Positions 16,878 through 27,237 of a DNA stretch of 38,693 bases are shown here, in pieces (the stretch's first letter is position 1; each line of letters begins with the position of its first letter). This DNA is from Deltaproteobacteria bacterium (lineage in GTDB: Bacteria; Myxococcota; JACRCW01): contig JACRCW010000078.1 of assembly GCA_016218805.1 (NCBI GenBank), positions 1 through 38,693 of the forward strand, in the 5' to 3' direction. The notes beneath the pieces are model-generated. The model was not told the DNA's origin and ran no database searches. It worked only from the letters and a program-made list of their open reading frames with translations. A program made the position numbers and the translations under genes.

Positions 16878-18152
16878 ATGACGGACCGGCGTGCCGAGCG
16901 CAAGGCGCTGTGGGAGCTTGCAGCGCTGTACGCCGCCGAAGGCATCCCCTACGGGTTCTTTGCGCAGGGGCTGCCCGTGCTGTTCCGCGCGCAGGGCGCG
17001 TCCAACACCGTGGTGGGGCTGCTGCACCTGCTCTACCTGCCGTGGACCTTCAAGCCGCTGTGGGCTCCCGTTGTGGATACCTGGCACCTGCCCGCGCTGG
17101 GCCGGCGGCGCACCTGGATCCTGGGCACCCAGCTGGGCGTGGTGCTGTGCTGCCTGGCCGGCGCCGCGCTGCTGGGGTTCTTCCCCGTCGTCGCCGTGCT
17201 GCCCGTGGTGTTCCTGGTCAACGTGCTGGCGGCCACGCAGGACATTGCCGTGGACGGGTACGCGGTCAGCCGCCTCACCGACCGCACGCGCGGCCTGGGC
17301 AACGCCATCCAGGTGTGCGGCTACAAGGCCGGCATGGTGCTGGGCGGCGGCGCCATCCTGTGGGCCGCGGGGTCGTTGGGGTGGCGGGCGGGGTTGTTCG
17401 CCGTGGCGGCGGTGATGGCGGCGCTGGTCCCGGTCTCCGTGTTCCTGCGTGAACCCCCCGCACCGCCGGCCGCGGCCCCGGGCCGGACCTCCGCCGTGGA
17501 GGCCGCGCGCGCCACCTTCCGGCAGCTGTTCCGCGGGCGGAATGCGTGGGCGCTGGCGTGGCTGTGCACCACCGTGAAAGTGGGCGAGGCCGCCGCCTCC
17601 GCCATGCTCAAGCCGGCGCTGGTGGACCGCGGGTTCACCGTCGAGGAGATCGCCATCTGGAACAACACGCTGGGCCTGGGCGCCTCATTGCTGGGCAGTT
17701 GGCTGGGGGGGACGCTGGTCACCCGGGTGCCGCGCGCGCGCGCGCTGGGCACCGCCGTGGCGCTGCAGGCGGCCGGTATTGCCCTGGTGGTGCCGCTGTT
17801 TGGCGCGCCGGGGCACTGGCTGGGCACCGGACTGGTGGTGGAGCACTTCCTGACGGGCATCCTCACCACGGTGCTGTTCACGTTCATGATGGACGCGGTG
17901 GACCCGCGCTTTGGCGGCACGCAGTACTCCACGCTGGCCGCGCTGGTGGTCGTGGGCACAGGCGCGGGGAGCACGCTGTCTGGCGTGATCGCAGATGCCG
18001 TGGGCTACCCGGTGCTGTTTTCCGGCGCCGCGTGCGTCACCGCTGCGCACCTGCTGCTGGTGCCGCGCGCGGAGGCCGCCCGCCGCGCTGCCCGTGACGG
18101 CGTCACGGCGGCAGAAACGAAGAACCCCGCCGGGGGCGGGGTTCCTCTTTGA
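16878..18152 (+). CDS. AmpG-like MFS transporter
   Basis: LPWTFKPLWAPVVD, GRRRTW, AATQDIAVDG, GTQYS; start could be 16860 or 16878. Confidence 0.9.
   Translation: MTDRRAERKALWELAALYAAEGIPYGFFAQGLPVLFRAQGASNTVVGLLHLLYLPWTFKPLWAPVVDTWHLPALGRRRTWILGTQLGVVLCCLAGAALLGFFPVVAVLPVVFLVNVLAATQDIAVDGYAVSRLTDRTRGLGNAIQVCGYKAGMVLGGGAILWAAGSLGWRAGLFAVAAVMAALVPVSVFLREPPAPPAAAPGRTSAVEAARATFRQLFRGRNAWALAWLCTTVKVGEAAASAMLKPALVDRGFTVEEIAIWNNTLGLGASLLGSWLGGTLVTRVPRARALGTAVALQAAGIALVVPLFGAPGHWLGTGLVVEHFLTGILTTVLFTFMMDAVDPRFGGTQYSTLAALVVVGTGAGSTLSGVIADAVGYPVLFSGAACVTAAHLLLVPRAEAARRAARDGVTAAETKNPAGGGVPL
18122..18144 (-). terminator. intrinsic terminator downstream of tRNA-Lys (possibly bidirectional)
   Basis: Perfect 10-bp stem GAACCCCGCC-ggg-GGCGGGGTTC; minus strand continues TTCGTTTC, plus strand CTCTTT. 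Confidence 0.7.
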
Positions 18153-18222
18153 GAGCGGAAGGAATCGAACCTTCAACCGATGGATTAAGAGTCCATTGCT
18201 CTGCCAATTGAGCTACGCTCCC
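18150..18222 (-). tRNA. tRNA-Lys (anticodon CTT), CCA not encoded
   Basis: GGGAGCGTAGCTCAATTGGCAGAGCAATGGACTCTTAATCCATCGGTTGAAGGTTCGATTCCTTCCGCTCTCA folds to a full cloverleaf; anticodon arm ATGGA-CTCTTAA-TCCAT. Confidence 0.97.
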
Positions 18223-18426
18223 ACCGGTAGGGGCGCGGCTTCTACAAGCAGTTCCTTTCCCGCGTCAAGGATGATCTCTCCCCGTGCAGACGCTCCTGGT
18301 GACGCAGCGGCTCTTCCGGACGTTTCCTTCCGGTTGCGGCGGTGCCTCTGGTATCCACCGGAGGCTGAAGTGGGTGCGCGTCATGCGAGCCCCCGTTCTG
18401 CTCGCTGCAACATCGCAGGAGAGTTC

Positions 18427-20280
18427 ATGCCCTCCCCGCTGGATCCTGAAGAAGCCCTCGACCTGCTTGGACTTGACGACGAGGATGCGGCGCAGAAACA
18501 GCCTGAGCCGGACGTGCTGGACGTGGAGTTCCCGCCCATGAGCCCTGTCAAGACGGGCGCGCACCCGTCCGCGGCGGTGACCGGCGGGTCCGCGGCCTCT
18601 GAGGCGGACGCCAAGGGCCGCGCCGCGCCACGCCCCACCACCAATCCCTCCGCCACGCCGGCCGCCCGGCCGGATCCGGACAAGGAACGCCTGCAGCAGC
18701 AGCTCAAGGCGGCGCAGGAGGCGGAGAAGAAGGCGGCGGAACGGGCCAAGCGCGCCGAGGACGAGCTGGCCGCCGCCCGCCGCGAGGCCCCCAAGGGTGG
18801 CGACGGCGGCACCGCCGCGCGCGAGCGCGATGCCCTCAAGCTGGAAGTGGAATCCCTGCGGGCCCAGGTGGCCCGCAGCGGCGCGGGCGCCAGCCGCATG
18901 CTGGGCCTGCCCACTGAGGACGACGAAGGCACCATGCCCAAGGAAGGGCAGCTGGAGACCTTCCCCTACGGGCGCATCCTGGTGCGCGCGCTCAAGGACC
19001 GCTTTTCCGGGCGCCTCAACCTGCGCAGCGGCACCGCCAAGCGCGAGGTGTACTTCGAGGACGGCGCACCGGTGGCGTATTCCTCCTCCGAGCCGGGCGA
19101 ACGCCTGGGCCGCGTGCTGGTGACCAACGGCATCATCACCGAGGACCAGTACCTGGCCGCCGCCCGCGCCATGGTGGAGCGCGGCGCCAAGCTCACCGAG
19201 GCGCTGCTGGAGATGGGCGCGCTGGACAGCCAGCGGCTGCAGACGGAGCAGCGGCAACTCACGCGTGATCAGATTGTCAGCGGGTTTGCGCTGGTGCAGG
19301 GCGCGTGGAGCCTGGAGCCCGGCAAGGGCCCGGCTGACGAGGTGGGCAAGTTTGAGTTCCGCGCCGGCGAGATCTACCTGGCGGGCTACCGCAAGTACGT
19401 GCCCGAGGGGGAAATCAAGACGCTGTTTGCGTCCATCAAGGACTCCTACGTGCGGCCGCGGTCCGAATTCACGCAATTCCGCCCGCACTTGGGCCTGGAC
19501 CAGGACGACGAGCGCATCCTCAAGCTGCTGGGCGAGGCGTACACCGTGGACGAGGCGGTGGAGCGCTCCGGCGTGGCGCAGGAGCGGGGCGCGCGGCTGC
19601 TGGGCGCGCTCAAGATGCTGGGGCTCATCACAGAGTGGAAGCCCGGCGTGCCGGAGTTTGAAGCGCGCCTCAAGGCGGAGAAGCTGCGGCAGGCGGAGGA
19701 GGCGTTGGCGCTCAAGCAGAAACTGCAGGAGCGTGAAGAGCAGCTGTTCTCCGAGATGCAGAAGGGCATCCAGCGTCTGGAAGCCGCCATGCGCGAAGTC
19801 CAGAAGGCGATGGCGGAGCGTCCTGCGGGGCCGGCTGTGTCGGCGGCGCCGCCGGCGGCGGCCTCCGAGGGGGCGGGCCACGGCAAGCCGTCCAGTTCGC
19901 CCGCGCTCACTCCAGCGGCCCAGCGCAAGGAGCCCTCCAGTCCGCCGCCCAGCGCGGAGCCCGCCAAGGTGACGGGGACGTCCACGGACGCCGCCGCCGA
20001 GGATGGCCCGGGACAGGACCGCTACAAGGAGGGCATGCGCCAGGCCGCCGCGGGCCGCCTGGATGAGGCGGAGACCGCCCTGCGCGAGGCGGTGCGCCTG
20101 GATGCCACCAAGCCTTCGTACCTGACGGCGCTGGCGCGCGTGCTGTTGGCCAACCCGCGCTATGAGCGCGCGGGCACGCTGCCGGTGGTGCGCTCATTGC
20201 TGGACCGGGCCGCCGCGCTGGCCCCCGGTGACGCCGAGGTGGCCGCCCTGCTGCAGCGCATCCAGTCCGAGATGACCTGA
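18427..20280 (+). CDS. DUF4388-like domain protein with coiled coils and C-terminal TPR
   Basis: CAGGAG RBS; SGRLNLRSGTAKREVYFEDGAPV, ERLGRVLV...GIITEDQ; TPR-like GRLDEAETALREAVRLD. Confidence 0.8.
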   Translation: MPSPLDPEEALDLLGLDDEDAAQKQPEPDVLDVEFPPMSPVKTGAHPSAAVTGGSAASEADAKGRAAPRPTTNPSATPAARPDPDKERLQQQLKAAQEAEKKAAERAKRAEDELAAARREAPKGGDGGTAARERDALKLEVESLRAQVARSGAGASRMLGLPTEDDEGTMPKEGQLETFPYGRILVRALKDRFSGRLNLRSGTAKREVYFEDGAPVAYSSSEPGERLGRVLVTNGIITEDQYLAAARAMVERGAKLTEALLEMGALDSQRLQTEQRQLTRDQIVSGFALVQGAWSLEPGKGPADEVGKFEFRAGEIYLAGYRKYVPEGEIKTLFASIKDSYVRPRSEFTQFRPHLGLDQDDERILKLLGEAYTVDEAVERSGVAQERGARLLGALKMLGLITEWKPGVPEFEARLKAEKLRQAEEALALKQKLQEREEQLFSEMQKGIQRLEAAMREVQKAMAERPAGPAVSAAPPAAASEGAGHGKPSSSPALTPAAQRKEPSSPPPSAEPAKVTGTSTDAAAEDGPGQDRYKEGMRQAAAGRLDEAETALREAVRLDATKPSYLTALARVLLANPRYERAGTLPVVRSLLDRAAALAPGDAEVAALLQRIQSEMT

Positions 20281-20332
20281 CGCGCGCCGGCGGGGCGGAA
20301 GCCAGAGAAAGACAGCACGGACAGAGAGTACC

Positions 20333-20359
20333 GGTGTGGGGCCGGCGTCCCCGCCGGCC
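20333..20359 (+). repeat. solo REP-like palindrome with GGTGTGG foot
   Basis: GGT-GTGG-GGCCGGCG-tccc-CGCCGGCC between convergent genes; same foot, 8-bp stem and C-rich loop as the REPs in the MITE. Confidence 0.65.
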
Positions 20360-20395
20360 GCCGGCGCAACCCTCTCCACGACCCGGCCCGCCGCC

Positions 20396-21541
20396 TTACC
20401 CGCCCGCGGTCACCGCCCGGCCGATCACCACGCGCTGGATCTCCGAGGCGCCCTCATAAATGCGGGTGACGCGCACATCCCGGTAAATGCGCTCAATGGG
20501 AAAGTCATTCACATACCCGTACCCGCCGTGGACCTGCAGCATGCGGTCCGCCGCGCGCCCGGCCGCCTCCGTCGAGAACACCTTGGCCATTGCGGCTTCG
20601 CGCGTGATGCGCAGCCCGCGGTCCAGCATGGTGGCGCCGCGCCACACCAACAGGCGCGCCGCGTCCAGTTGCATCGCCGTGTCCGCAATGAAGTCCTGCA
20701 CCGCCCCCAGGTCGGCAATCGTCTTGCCAAAGGCCTTGCGCTCCTTCGCGTAACGGACGCCCTCCTGCAGGGCGGCGCGGCCCATTCCCAGCGCCTGCGC
20801 GGCAATGCCCACCCGCCCGCCGTCCAGCCCCGCCATGGCCACCTCAAAGCCCTGGCCTTCGGCGCCCAGCCGCAGGCTGTCATCCACGCGGCAATCCTCC
20901 ATGATCATCTGCACGGTGTTGGAAGAGCGCAGCCCCATCTTGTGCTCCTCCTTGCCCACGCGGAAACCCGGTGTTCCCTGCGGGATGACAAACGCGGTGA
21001 TGCCCTTGGCCCCGCCGTCCGGCGTGGTGCGCGCAAACACCACGGAGAACCCCGCGTGGGCCCCGTTGGTGATCCACTGCTTGGTCCCGTTGAGCACGTA
21101 CCCGTTCCCGTCCCGGCGCGCGGTGGCCTGCAGCGCGGCAGCGTCGGAACCGCTGTGCGGTTCGGACAGGCAGAACGCCGCGGCCTGCAGGTCACCGCGG
21201 CACAGCGGCGTGAGGAAGCGCTTCTTCTGCGCGTCCGTGCCAAAGCGCATCACGCAGTCCGCCCCCAGGTTGATCACCGCCAGGGACACCGCCGTGGACG
21301 CGCACGCCGCGGCGATTTCCTCCATCACGGTGACGTACGCCAGCATGGACGCGCCGGTGCCGCCGTACTCCTCGGGCACCTTGATGCCGTACAGGCCCAG
21401 CGCAGCGGCCTGACGGAGGATCTCCGTCGGGAACGCGCCGGTGCGGTCGCGTTCAGCGGCGGAGGGGGCAACCACGTCACGCGCAAACGCGCGCACGGAG
21501 TCACGCAGCAGCTGCACTTCTTCCGGGAGGGTCAGGTCCAT
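20396..21541 (-). CDS. acyl-CoA dehydrogenase
   Basis: FCLSEPHSGSD, LNGTKQWITN, KMGLRSS, LDGGRVGIA, QVHGGYGY, IYEGASEIQR. Confidence 0.95.
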   Translation of the reverse strand: MDLTLPEEVQLLRDSVRAFARDVVAPSAAERDRTGAFPTEILRQAAALGLYGIKVPEEYGGTGASMLAYVTVMEEIAAACASTAVSLAVINLGADCVMRFGTDAQKKRFLTPLCRGDLQAAAFCLSEPHSGSDAAALQATARRDGNGYVLNGTKQWITNGAHAGFSVVFARTTPDGGAKGITAFVIPQGTPGFRVGKEEHKMGLRSSNTVQMIMEDCRVDDSLRLGAEGQGFEVAMAGLDGGRVGIAAQALGMGRAALQEGVRYAKERKAFGKTIADLGAVQDFIADTAMQLDAARLLVWRGATMLDRGLRITREAAMAKVFSTEAAGRAADRMLQVHGGYGYVNDFPIERIYRDVRVTRIYEGASEIQRVVIGRAVTAGG

Positions 21542-21671
21542 GGCGGCGCTTCCTACAGAAACGCGGGCCGCTGAGAAAGGCGCCGTGAATCCGCCGCGGC
21601 ATTGACACGCCGCAAGGTTGGCTGCATGTGCGCGGGTCCCGACAACCCACGGGGAGGAGGAGGAGGGCGCG

Positions 21672-22673
21672 GTGCGCAACTTCCTGACCACGCTGGATCA
21701 CCCGCGTCATGAGCTGCAGTCGCTGCTGGATTCCGCGCGCAACTTCCGGCGCCAGCCGCACCAGGACGTCCTCAAGGACAAATCCGTGGCGCTGCTGTTC
21801 TTCAACCCGTCCATGCGCACGCGGACCACGTTTGAGCTGGGGCTGCACCAGCTGGGCGCCAAGGCCATCATCCTGGAACCCGGCAAGGGCGCCTGGCCCA
21901 TTGAGTTTGACGACGGTGCCGTGATGGACGGCGAACCCGAGGAGCACGTGCGGGAGGTGGCCCAGGTCCTGTCGCGCTACGTGGACGCCATGGCGGTGCG
22001 CGCGTTCCCCAAGTTCCAGCGCTGGGAGGAGGACCGCGAGGACAAGGTCATCCGCGCGTTTGCGCGCCACGCCACCGTCCCCGTCATCAACATGGAGACC
22101 ATCACGCACCCGTGCCAGGAGCTGGCGCTGATGCTGGCGCTGCAGGACCGCGTGGGCCCCACCGACGGCAAGAAGTTCCTCCTCACCTGGACCTACCACC
22201 CCAAACCGCTCAACACCGCGGTGGCCAACAGTGCGCTCATCATCGCGGCCAAGTTTGGCTTTGACGTCACGCTGCTGTGCCCCACGCCGGAGTACGTGCT
22301 GGATGCGCGCTACATGGATGCGGCGCGCGCCATGGTGAAGGAGCAGGGCCGTACGCTGACCGTCTCCCATGACGTGGAAAGCGCCTACCGCGGCGCGCAC
22401 GTGGTCTACGCCAAGAGCTGGGGGGCCATTCCGTATTTTGGCCGGTGGGCGGATGAGAAACCCATCCGGGAGAAACACCGGCATTTCATGGTGGACATGG
22501 ACAAGATGCGGCTGACGCCGGACGGCCTGTTCAGCCACTGCCTGCCCGCGCGGCGCAACGTGAAAGTCACGGACGAGGTGCTGGATTCGCCGCGCGCCCT
22601 CCACATTGACGAGGCCGGAAACCGCCTGCACGTGCAGAAAGCCGTCCTGGCCCGGCTGCTGGCCAACCGCTGA
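21672..22673 (+). CDS. argF: N-acetylornithine carbamoyltransferase (ArgF')
   Basis: FFNPSMRT, INMETITHPCQELA, TWTYHPKPLNTAVANS, HCLPARRN: AOTCase-type motifs; GTG start with GGAGG. Confidence 0.92.
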   Translation: MRNFLTTLDHPRHELQSLLDSARNFRRQPHQDVLKDKSVALLFFNPSMRTRTTFELGLHQLGAKAIILEPGKGAWPIEFDDGAVMDGEPEEHVREVAQVLSRYVDAMAVRAFPKFQRWEEDREDKVIRAFARHATVPVINMETITHPCQELALMLALQDRVGPTDGKKFLLTWTYHPKPLNTAVANSALIIAAKFGFDVTLLCPTPEYVLDARYMDAARAMVKEQGRTLTVSHDVESAYRGAHVVYAKSWGAIPYFGRWADEKPIREKHRHFMVDMDKMRLTPDGLFSHCLPARRNVKVTDEVLDSPRALHIDEAGNRLHVQKAVLARLLANR

Positions 22674-22685
22674 AGGAGGAACTCC

Positions 22686-23900
22686 ATGGAAAAGAAGAAG
22701 GTCATTCTCGCGTTCTCCGGCGGGCTGGACACCAGCTTCTGCGTGCCCTGGCTGCGCGAGCAGGGATATGACGTTGTCACGCTGTTTGTGGACACCGGCG
22801 GCGTGGATGCGGCGGAGAAGAAATACATTGAAACCCGCGCGCACGAACTGGGCGCGGTGGAACACGTGGTGGCTGACGGTGGACCGGCCATCTGGGACCA
22901 GGTGGTGGTGCCGCTCACGTGGGGCGGCGCGCAGTACCAGGGGCGCTACCCGGTGCTGTGCTCGGACCGGTACGTCATCGTGGAGGAATCCCTCAAGCTG
23001 GCGGATGCGCGTGGGACCCGGTTGTTCGCGCACGGTTGCACCGGGATGGGGAATGACCAGGTCCGGTTTGACCAGACGGTGCGCTCCCTGGGCGATTACG
23101 AGATCCTGGCGCCCATCCGCGAGATCCAGCGGGAGCACCAGGCGGTGCGCGCGTTCGAACAGCAGTACCTGGAACAGCGCGGCCACGCGGTGCGCGCCAA
23201 GACGTCAAAATACAGCATCAACACCAACGTGCTGGGCGTCACCGTGTCAGGATCCGAAATTGACGAGTTCCAGGCCCCCGGCGAGGAGACCTGGGTCCTG
23301 TGCACGCACCCGACCAGGTGGCCGAAGGCGCCGCTGCGGGCCAGCATTGCGTTTGAACAGGGCGTGGCGGTCGCCGTGGATGGCAAGAAGCTGTCCGGGC
23401 CGGAGCTGCTCAAGGCGCTCAACGCCATGTTTGGCGCGTACGGCGTGGGCCGCGGCGTGTACACCGGAGACACCACCATTGGCCTCAAAGGCCGCATTGT
23501 CTTTGAATGTCCGGGAATCACCGCATTGATGTCCGCGCACACCGCGCTGGAGGAAGCCATCCTCACCAACCACCAGAACGGGTTCAAGCCCGTGGTGGCG
23601 CAGCGCTGGGTGGACCTGGCGTACAAGGGGTTCTTCTATGAACCGCTCAAGTACGACCTGGAAGCATTCCTGCGCGAGAGCCAGCGCTCCGTCACCGGTA
23701 CCGTCACGCTGGAGACGCACGGCGGCGCGGTGCACCCGGTCTCCGTGACGTCGGACCACATCCTCAAGGCGCGCCGCGCGGTGTACGCGCAGTCCGCGGA
23801 CTGGGGCGCGGTGGAAGCGGAAGGGTTCATCAAGCTGTTCGGCATGAGCAGCTCGCTGTCGGCGCGCATCAACCCGCGCCGCCGGGACGCCGCGAAGTGA
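22686..23900 (+). CDS. argG: argininosuccinate synthase
   Basis: [35 protein letters not shown]. Confidence 0.96.
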   Translation: MEKKKVILAFSGGLDTSFCVPWLREQGYDVVTLFVDTGGVDAAEKKYIETRAHELGAVEHVVADGGPAIWDQVVVPLTWGGAQYQGRYPVLCSDRYVIVEESLKLADARGTRLFAHGCTGMGNDQVRFDQTVRSLGDYEILAPIREIQREHQAVRAFEQQYLEQRGHAVRAKTSKYSINTNVLGVTVSGSEIDEFQAPGEETWVLCTHPTRWPKAPLRASIAFEQGVAVAVDGKKLSGPELLKALNAMFGAYGVGRGVYTGDTTIGLKGRIVFECPGITALMSAHTALEEAILTNHQNGFKPVVAQRWVDLAYKGFFYEPLKYDLEAFLRESQRSVTGTVTLETHGGAVHPVSVTSDHILKARRAVYAQSADWGAVEAEGFIKLFGMSSSLSARINPRRRDAAK

Positions 23901-25000
23901 ACGATTCCCTGCGCGCGCGGGTCCTGGAGCACCTGCAACGCCTGGTGGCTTTTGACACGCGCAACCCGCCGCGGCGGATGGACACAGCGGGGATCTTTGG
24001 CTACCTGGCGGCGCACATGCCGCGGGACGCCCGGGTGGACGTCAAGGACCTGGGTGACGGCTGCGTGTACCTGCACGCGCGCCGCGGCGAAACCGCGGAG
24101 TTGGTCAATGTGCACGTGGACACCGTGCCCGCGGCGCCGGGATGGACGCGGGACCCGCACGCGCTGCACGTTGCCGGGACACGCGTGGTGGGCCTGGGAG
24201 CGTGTGACATCAAGGGCGCGGCCGCCGCCATGGTTGCCATGCTGCCTCAGGTGGAAGGGCCGTTCGCGCTGCTGTTCTCGTCGGATGAGGAGGCGGGGGA
24301 CAGCCGGTGCGTGCGCACCTTCCTGCGCGAGCACCCCGTGCCGCAGCGCGTGTTTGTGGCGGAACCCACGCGCTGCCGCGCCGTGACGGCGCACCGGGGC
24401 CTGGCCACCGCCAGCGGAACGTTCCGCGGCGTGCCCGGGCATGCATCCGCCGCGCGCGCGCTGCGGGACAGCGCGCTGCATGAGCTGACGCGCTGGGCCG
24501 CCCGTGCGCTGGAATGGGCCGAATTGCAGGAAGGGCAGGGCGCGGAGGAGCTGCGCGGCGCGCGGTTCAACCTGGGCTTTGTGGAAGGCGGCAGCAAGCC
24601 CAACATGATCGCCGGGGAGGCGCGCGTGCGGTTTGGTGTGCGCCCGCCGCCGGGCCGTGCCCCGGCCAGCGTTGTGGACGAAGTGTGCGCCCTGGCGCCG
24701 GACCCCGCGCGCGTGCAGTGGGAGCGCGGTTTTGTGGCGCCGCCGCTCCCGGCCCGGGGCGATGCGTCACGCGCGGTGAAGGTGGCCCGGGAGCTGGGCC
24801 TGCCGGGCCCGGATGGCGTGGATTTCTGGACGGAGGCGGCGCTGTTTTCGGAAGCGGGCGCGGACGCCGTCGTGTTCGGGCCGGGTGACATTGCGCAGGC
24901 GCATACCGCGGATGAATGGGTGGAAATTGACCAATTGATGGAGGCGGCCCGGATGTACGGCCGCATCCTGGGCGCGGGCATTGAGCCGGAAAGGAGCTGA
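23897..25000 (+). CDS. argE: acetylornithine/acetylcitrulline deacetylase (M20 family)
   Basis: [39 protein letters not shown]; operon context. Confidence 0.92.
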   Translation: MNDSLRARVLEHLQRLVAFDTRNPPRRMDTAGIFGYLAAHMPRDARVDVKDLGDGCVYLHARRGETAELVNVHVDTVPAAPGWTRDPHALHVAGTRVVGLGACDIKGAAAAMVAMLPQVEGPFALLFSSDEEAGDSRCVRTFLREHPVPQRVFVAEPTRCRAVTAHRGLATASGTFRGVPGHASAARALRDSALHELTRWAARALEWAELQEGQGAEELRGARFNLGFVEGGSKPNMIAGEARVRFGVRPPPGRAPASVVDEVCALAPDPARVQWERGFVAPPLPARGDASRAVKVARELGLPGPDGVDFWTEAALFSEAGADAVVFGPGDIAQAHTADEWVEIDQLMEAARMYGRILGAGIEPERS

Positions 25001-25001
25001 A

Positions 25002-26324
25002 ATGGGCAGCACCCAGGAGGTTATCGTCCGGTTCCTGCGGAACCTGGGCAGCCGCAAGGAGGTGGAGCAGTACCTCAAGCTGTTCTCCTCCGTGGATGCA
25101 CGCCGGTTCGCGGTGATCCGCGTGGAGGGCGCGGTCCTGCAGGATGACCTGGAAACGCTGGCTTCCGCGCTCACCTTCATCCAACGCGTGGGCCTGACCC
25201 CCGTGGTCATCCATGGTGCCGGGCCGCAGCTGTCACACCAGCTGCGTGACGCCGGCATTGACCCTGAGCGCGTGGACGGCGTGCGCGTGACCACGCCCCA
25301 GGCGCTGGAAATCGCGCGCAAGGTGTTCATCCGCGAAAACCTCCGCCTGGTGGAAGCGCTGGAATCCGTGGGCACCCGCGCGCGGCCCGTCACCAGCGGT
25401 ATCTTTGAAGCCAGACTCGTCGACAAGAAGCGCTTTGGGCTCGTGGGTGACGTCACCCAGGTCCACACGGAGGCCATTGATTCCGCGCTGCGCTCCGGTC
25501 ACATGCCCATCATTGCCTCGCTCGGGGAGACCCCGGCCGGGCAGATTCTCCACGTCAACTCGGACGTGGGTGCCGCGGCGCTGGCGCGCGCGCTGGAGCC
25601 GTTCAAGGTGGTCTTTCTCACGCACACCGGCGGGCTGCTGGATCAGGACCAGCAGATCATCTCCGCCGTGAACATTGAGGAGGACTACGCGGACATGCTC
25701 GCGGAGCCCTGGCTGGACAGCGACACGCGCACGCGGCTGCAGGCCATCAAGGAACTCCTGGACGGGCTGCCCCGCTCGTCGTCGGTGTCCATCACCTCAC
25801 CGGAGAACCTGGTGCGTGAGCTGTTCACGCACAAAGGCGCCGGGACCCTGGTCCGCCGTGGCGAACACATCCGCCTGCACGAATCCATGGAAAAGATCGA
25901 CCGCAATCGCCTCGCGGAGCTGCTGGAGCAGGCGTTTGGGCGCAAGCTGACGGTGGACTACTTCACCCGCAAGGACTTCTACCGCGTGTACCTGTCGGAC
26001 TCGTACCGCGCCACGGCAATCCTCACGCTGGAGGATGGCATTCCGTACCTGGACAAGTTCGCCGTCACCAGTGAGGCGCAGGGCGAAGGCATTGCCAGCT
26101 CGCTGTGGCACTGCATCACGCGTGACAACAAGCAGCTGTTCTGGCGTTCCCGCCTGGATAACGAGATCAACGGCTGGTACTTCCAGAAGAGCGACGGGTC
26201 GTTCCGGACTGACAAATGGGTGGTATTCTGGTACGGCATTCACAATTTCGACACGATTCGCCGCTGCGTGGAGCTGGCCAAGGCCATGCCGCCCACCCTC
26301 AAGCAGCACAGCATTGGGAGCTGA
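25002..26324 (+). CDS. argB: N-acetylglutamate synthase/kinase-type protein (AAK + NAT/DUF619 domains)
   Basis: HGAGPQ, ELFTHKGAGT, NAT motifs YLDKFAV, QGEG, FWRSR; kinase motifs altered (see findings). Confidence 0.88.
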   Translation: MGSTQEVIVRFLRNLGSRKEVEQYLKLFSSVDARRFAVIRVEGAVLQDDLETLASALTFIQRVGLTPVVIHGAGPQLSHQLRDAGIDPERVDGVRVTTPQALEIARKVFIRENLRLVEALESVGTRARPVTSGIFEARLVDKKRFGLVGDVTQVHTEAIDSALRSGHMPIIASLGETPAGQILHVNSDVGAAALARALEPFKVVFLTHTGGLLDQDQQIISAVNIEEDYADMLAEPWLDSDTRTRLQAIKELLDGLPRSSSVSITSPENLVRELFTHKGAGTLVRRGEHIRLHESMEKIDRNRLAELLEQAFGRKLTVDYFTRKDFYRVYLSDSYRATAILTLEDGIPYLDKFAVTSEAQGEGIASSLWHCITRDNKQLFWRSRLDNEINGWYFQKSDGSFRTDKWVVFWYGIHNFDTIRRCVELAKAMPPTLKQHSIGS

Positions 26325-26325
26325 G

Positions 26326-27237
26326 ATGGCACGGCTGCGCATCGGCCTGGTGGGGGCCCGGGGCTACGTGGGCTCGGAACTGGTGGCGCTGGTGGAGGCG
26401 CACCCGGCGCTGGAGCTTGCGTGGGCGGCCAGCCGCAGTGGGGCCGGAACGGTGGGCCACGTTGCGCTGGAGGAGCTGACGCCGGCGGACGTGGAGCGCC
26501 GTGGCGCGGACGCAGTGGTGCTCGCGCTGCCCAATGGGCAGGCGGCGGCGTGGCTGCCGTCGCTGGAAAAGGTGCCCGTGGTGGTGGACCTGTCCGCGGA
26601 CCAGCGGTTCAATGACGCGTGGGTGTACGGATTGCCGGAGTTGCACCGCGCCCGGATCCGCTCCGCGCGGCGCATTGCCAACCCCGGCTGCTACGCCACC
26701 GGCATCCAACTGGGTCTGGCCCCATTGCTGCCGCTGCTGGCCGAAACACCGCACGTGTTTGGCGTCTCCGGCTACAGCGGCGCGGGTACCACCCCGGCTG
26801 ACAAGAACAACCCGGAGAAACTCCGGGACAACCTCATGCCCTATTCGCTCATTGACCACGCGCACGAACGCGAAGTGAGCCACCACCTGGGGCGTCCGGT
26901 GCACTTCATGCCGCATGTGGCGCCGTTCTTCCGCGGCATCACGCTCACCATGTCCATGGTGCTGCGGCAGCCCCGGGACCGTGACGCGCTGCGGGCGCTG
27001 TTCCAGGAGCGCTATGGTGCCGAGCCGCTGGTTCGCATCGTTGACGATACGCCGCTCGTCCGCGACGCGGTGGGCAGCCACCGGGTGACCCTTGGCAGCA
27101 TCACCACCGCCGGACCGCGGGCGGTGCTGGTGGTGACGCTGGACAACCTGCTCAAGGGCGCGGCCACGCAGGCTCTGCAGAACATTAACCTCGCGCTGGG
27201 GCGCGACGAATTCGAAGGGATTCCCATCCATGGTTAA
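26326..27237 (+). CDS. argC: N-acetyl-gamma-glutamyl-phosphate reductase
   Basis: GARGYVG, VDLSAD, IANPGCYAT, SGYSGAG, DNLLKGAATQA. Confidence 0.96.
   Translation: MARLRIGLVGARGYVGSELVALVEAHPALELAWAASRSGAGTVGHVALEELTPADVERRGADAVVLALPNGQAAAWLPSLEKVPVVVDLSADQRFNDAWVYGLPELHRARIRSARRIANPGCYATGIQLGLAPLLPLLAETPHVFGVSGYSGAGTTPADKNNPEKLRDNLMPYSLIDHAHEREVSHHLGRPVHFMPHVAPFFRGITLTMSMVLRQPRDRDALRALFQERYGAEPLVRIVDDTPLVRDAVGSHRVTLGSITTAGPRAVLVVTLDNLLKGAATQALQNINLALGRDEFEGIPIHG

Noticed and set aside
17995..18426. N-terminal extension of the 761-aa ORF
   Set aside because: Overlaps the MFS gene and the tRNA; an RBS-supported start lies at 18427.
21586..21633. ARG box or sigma54 promoter upstream of argF'
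   Set aside because: Only TTGACA (21602-21607) matches a consensus; no convincing -10, ARG palindrome or TGGCAC-N5-TTGC.
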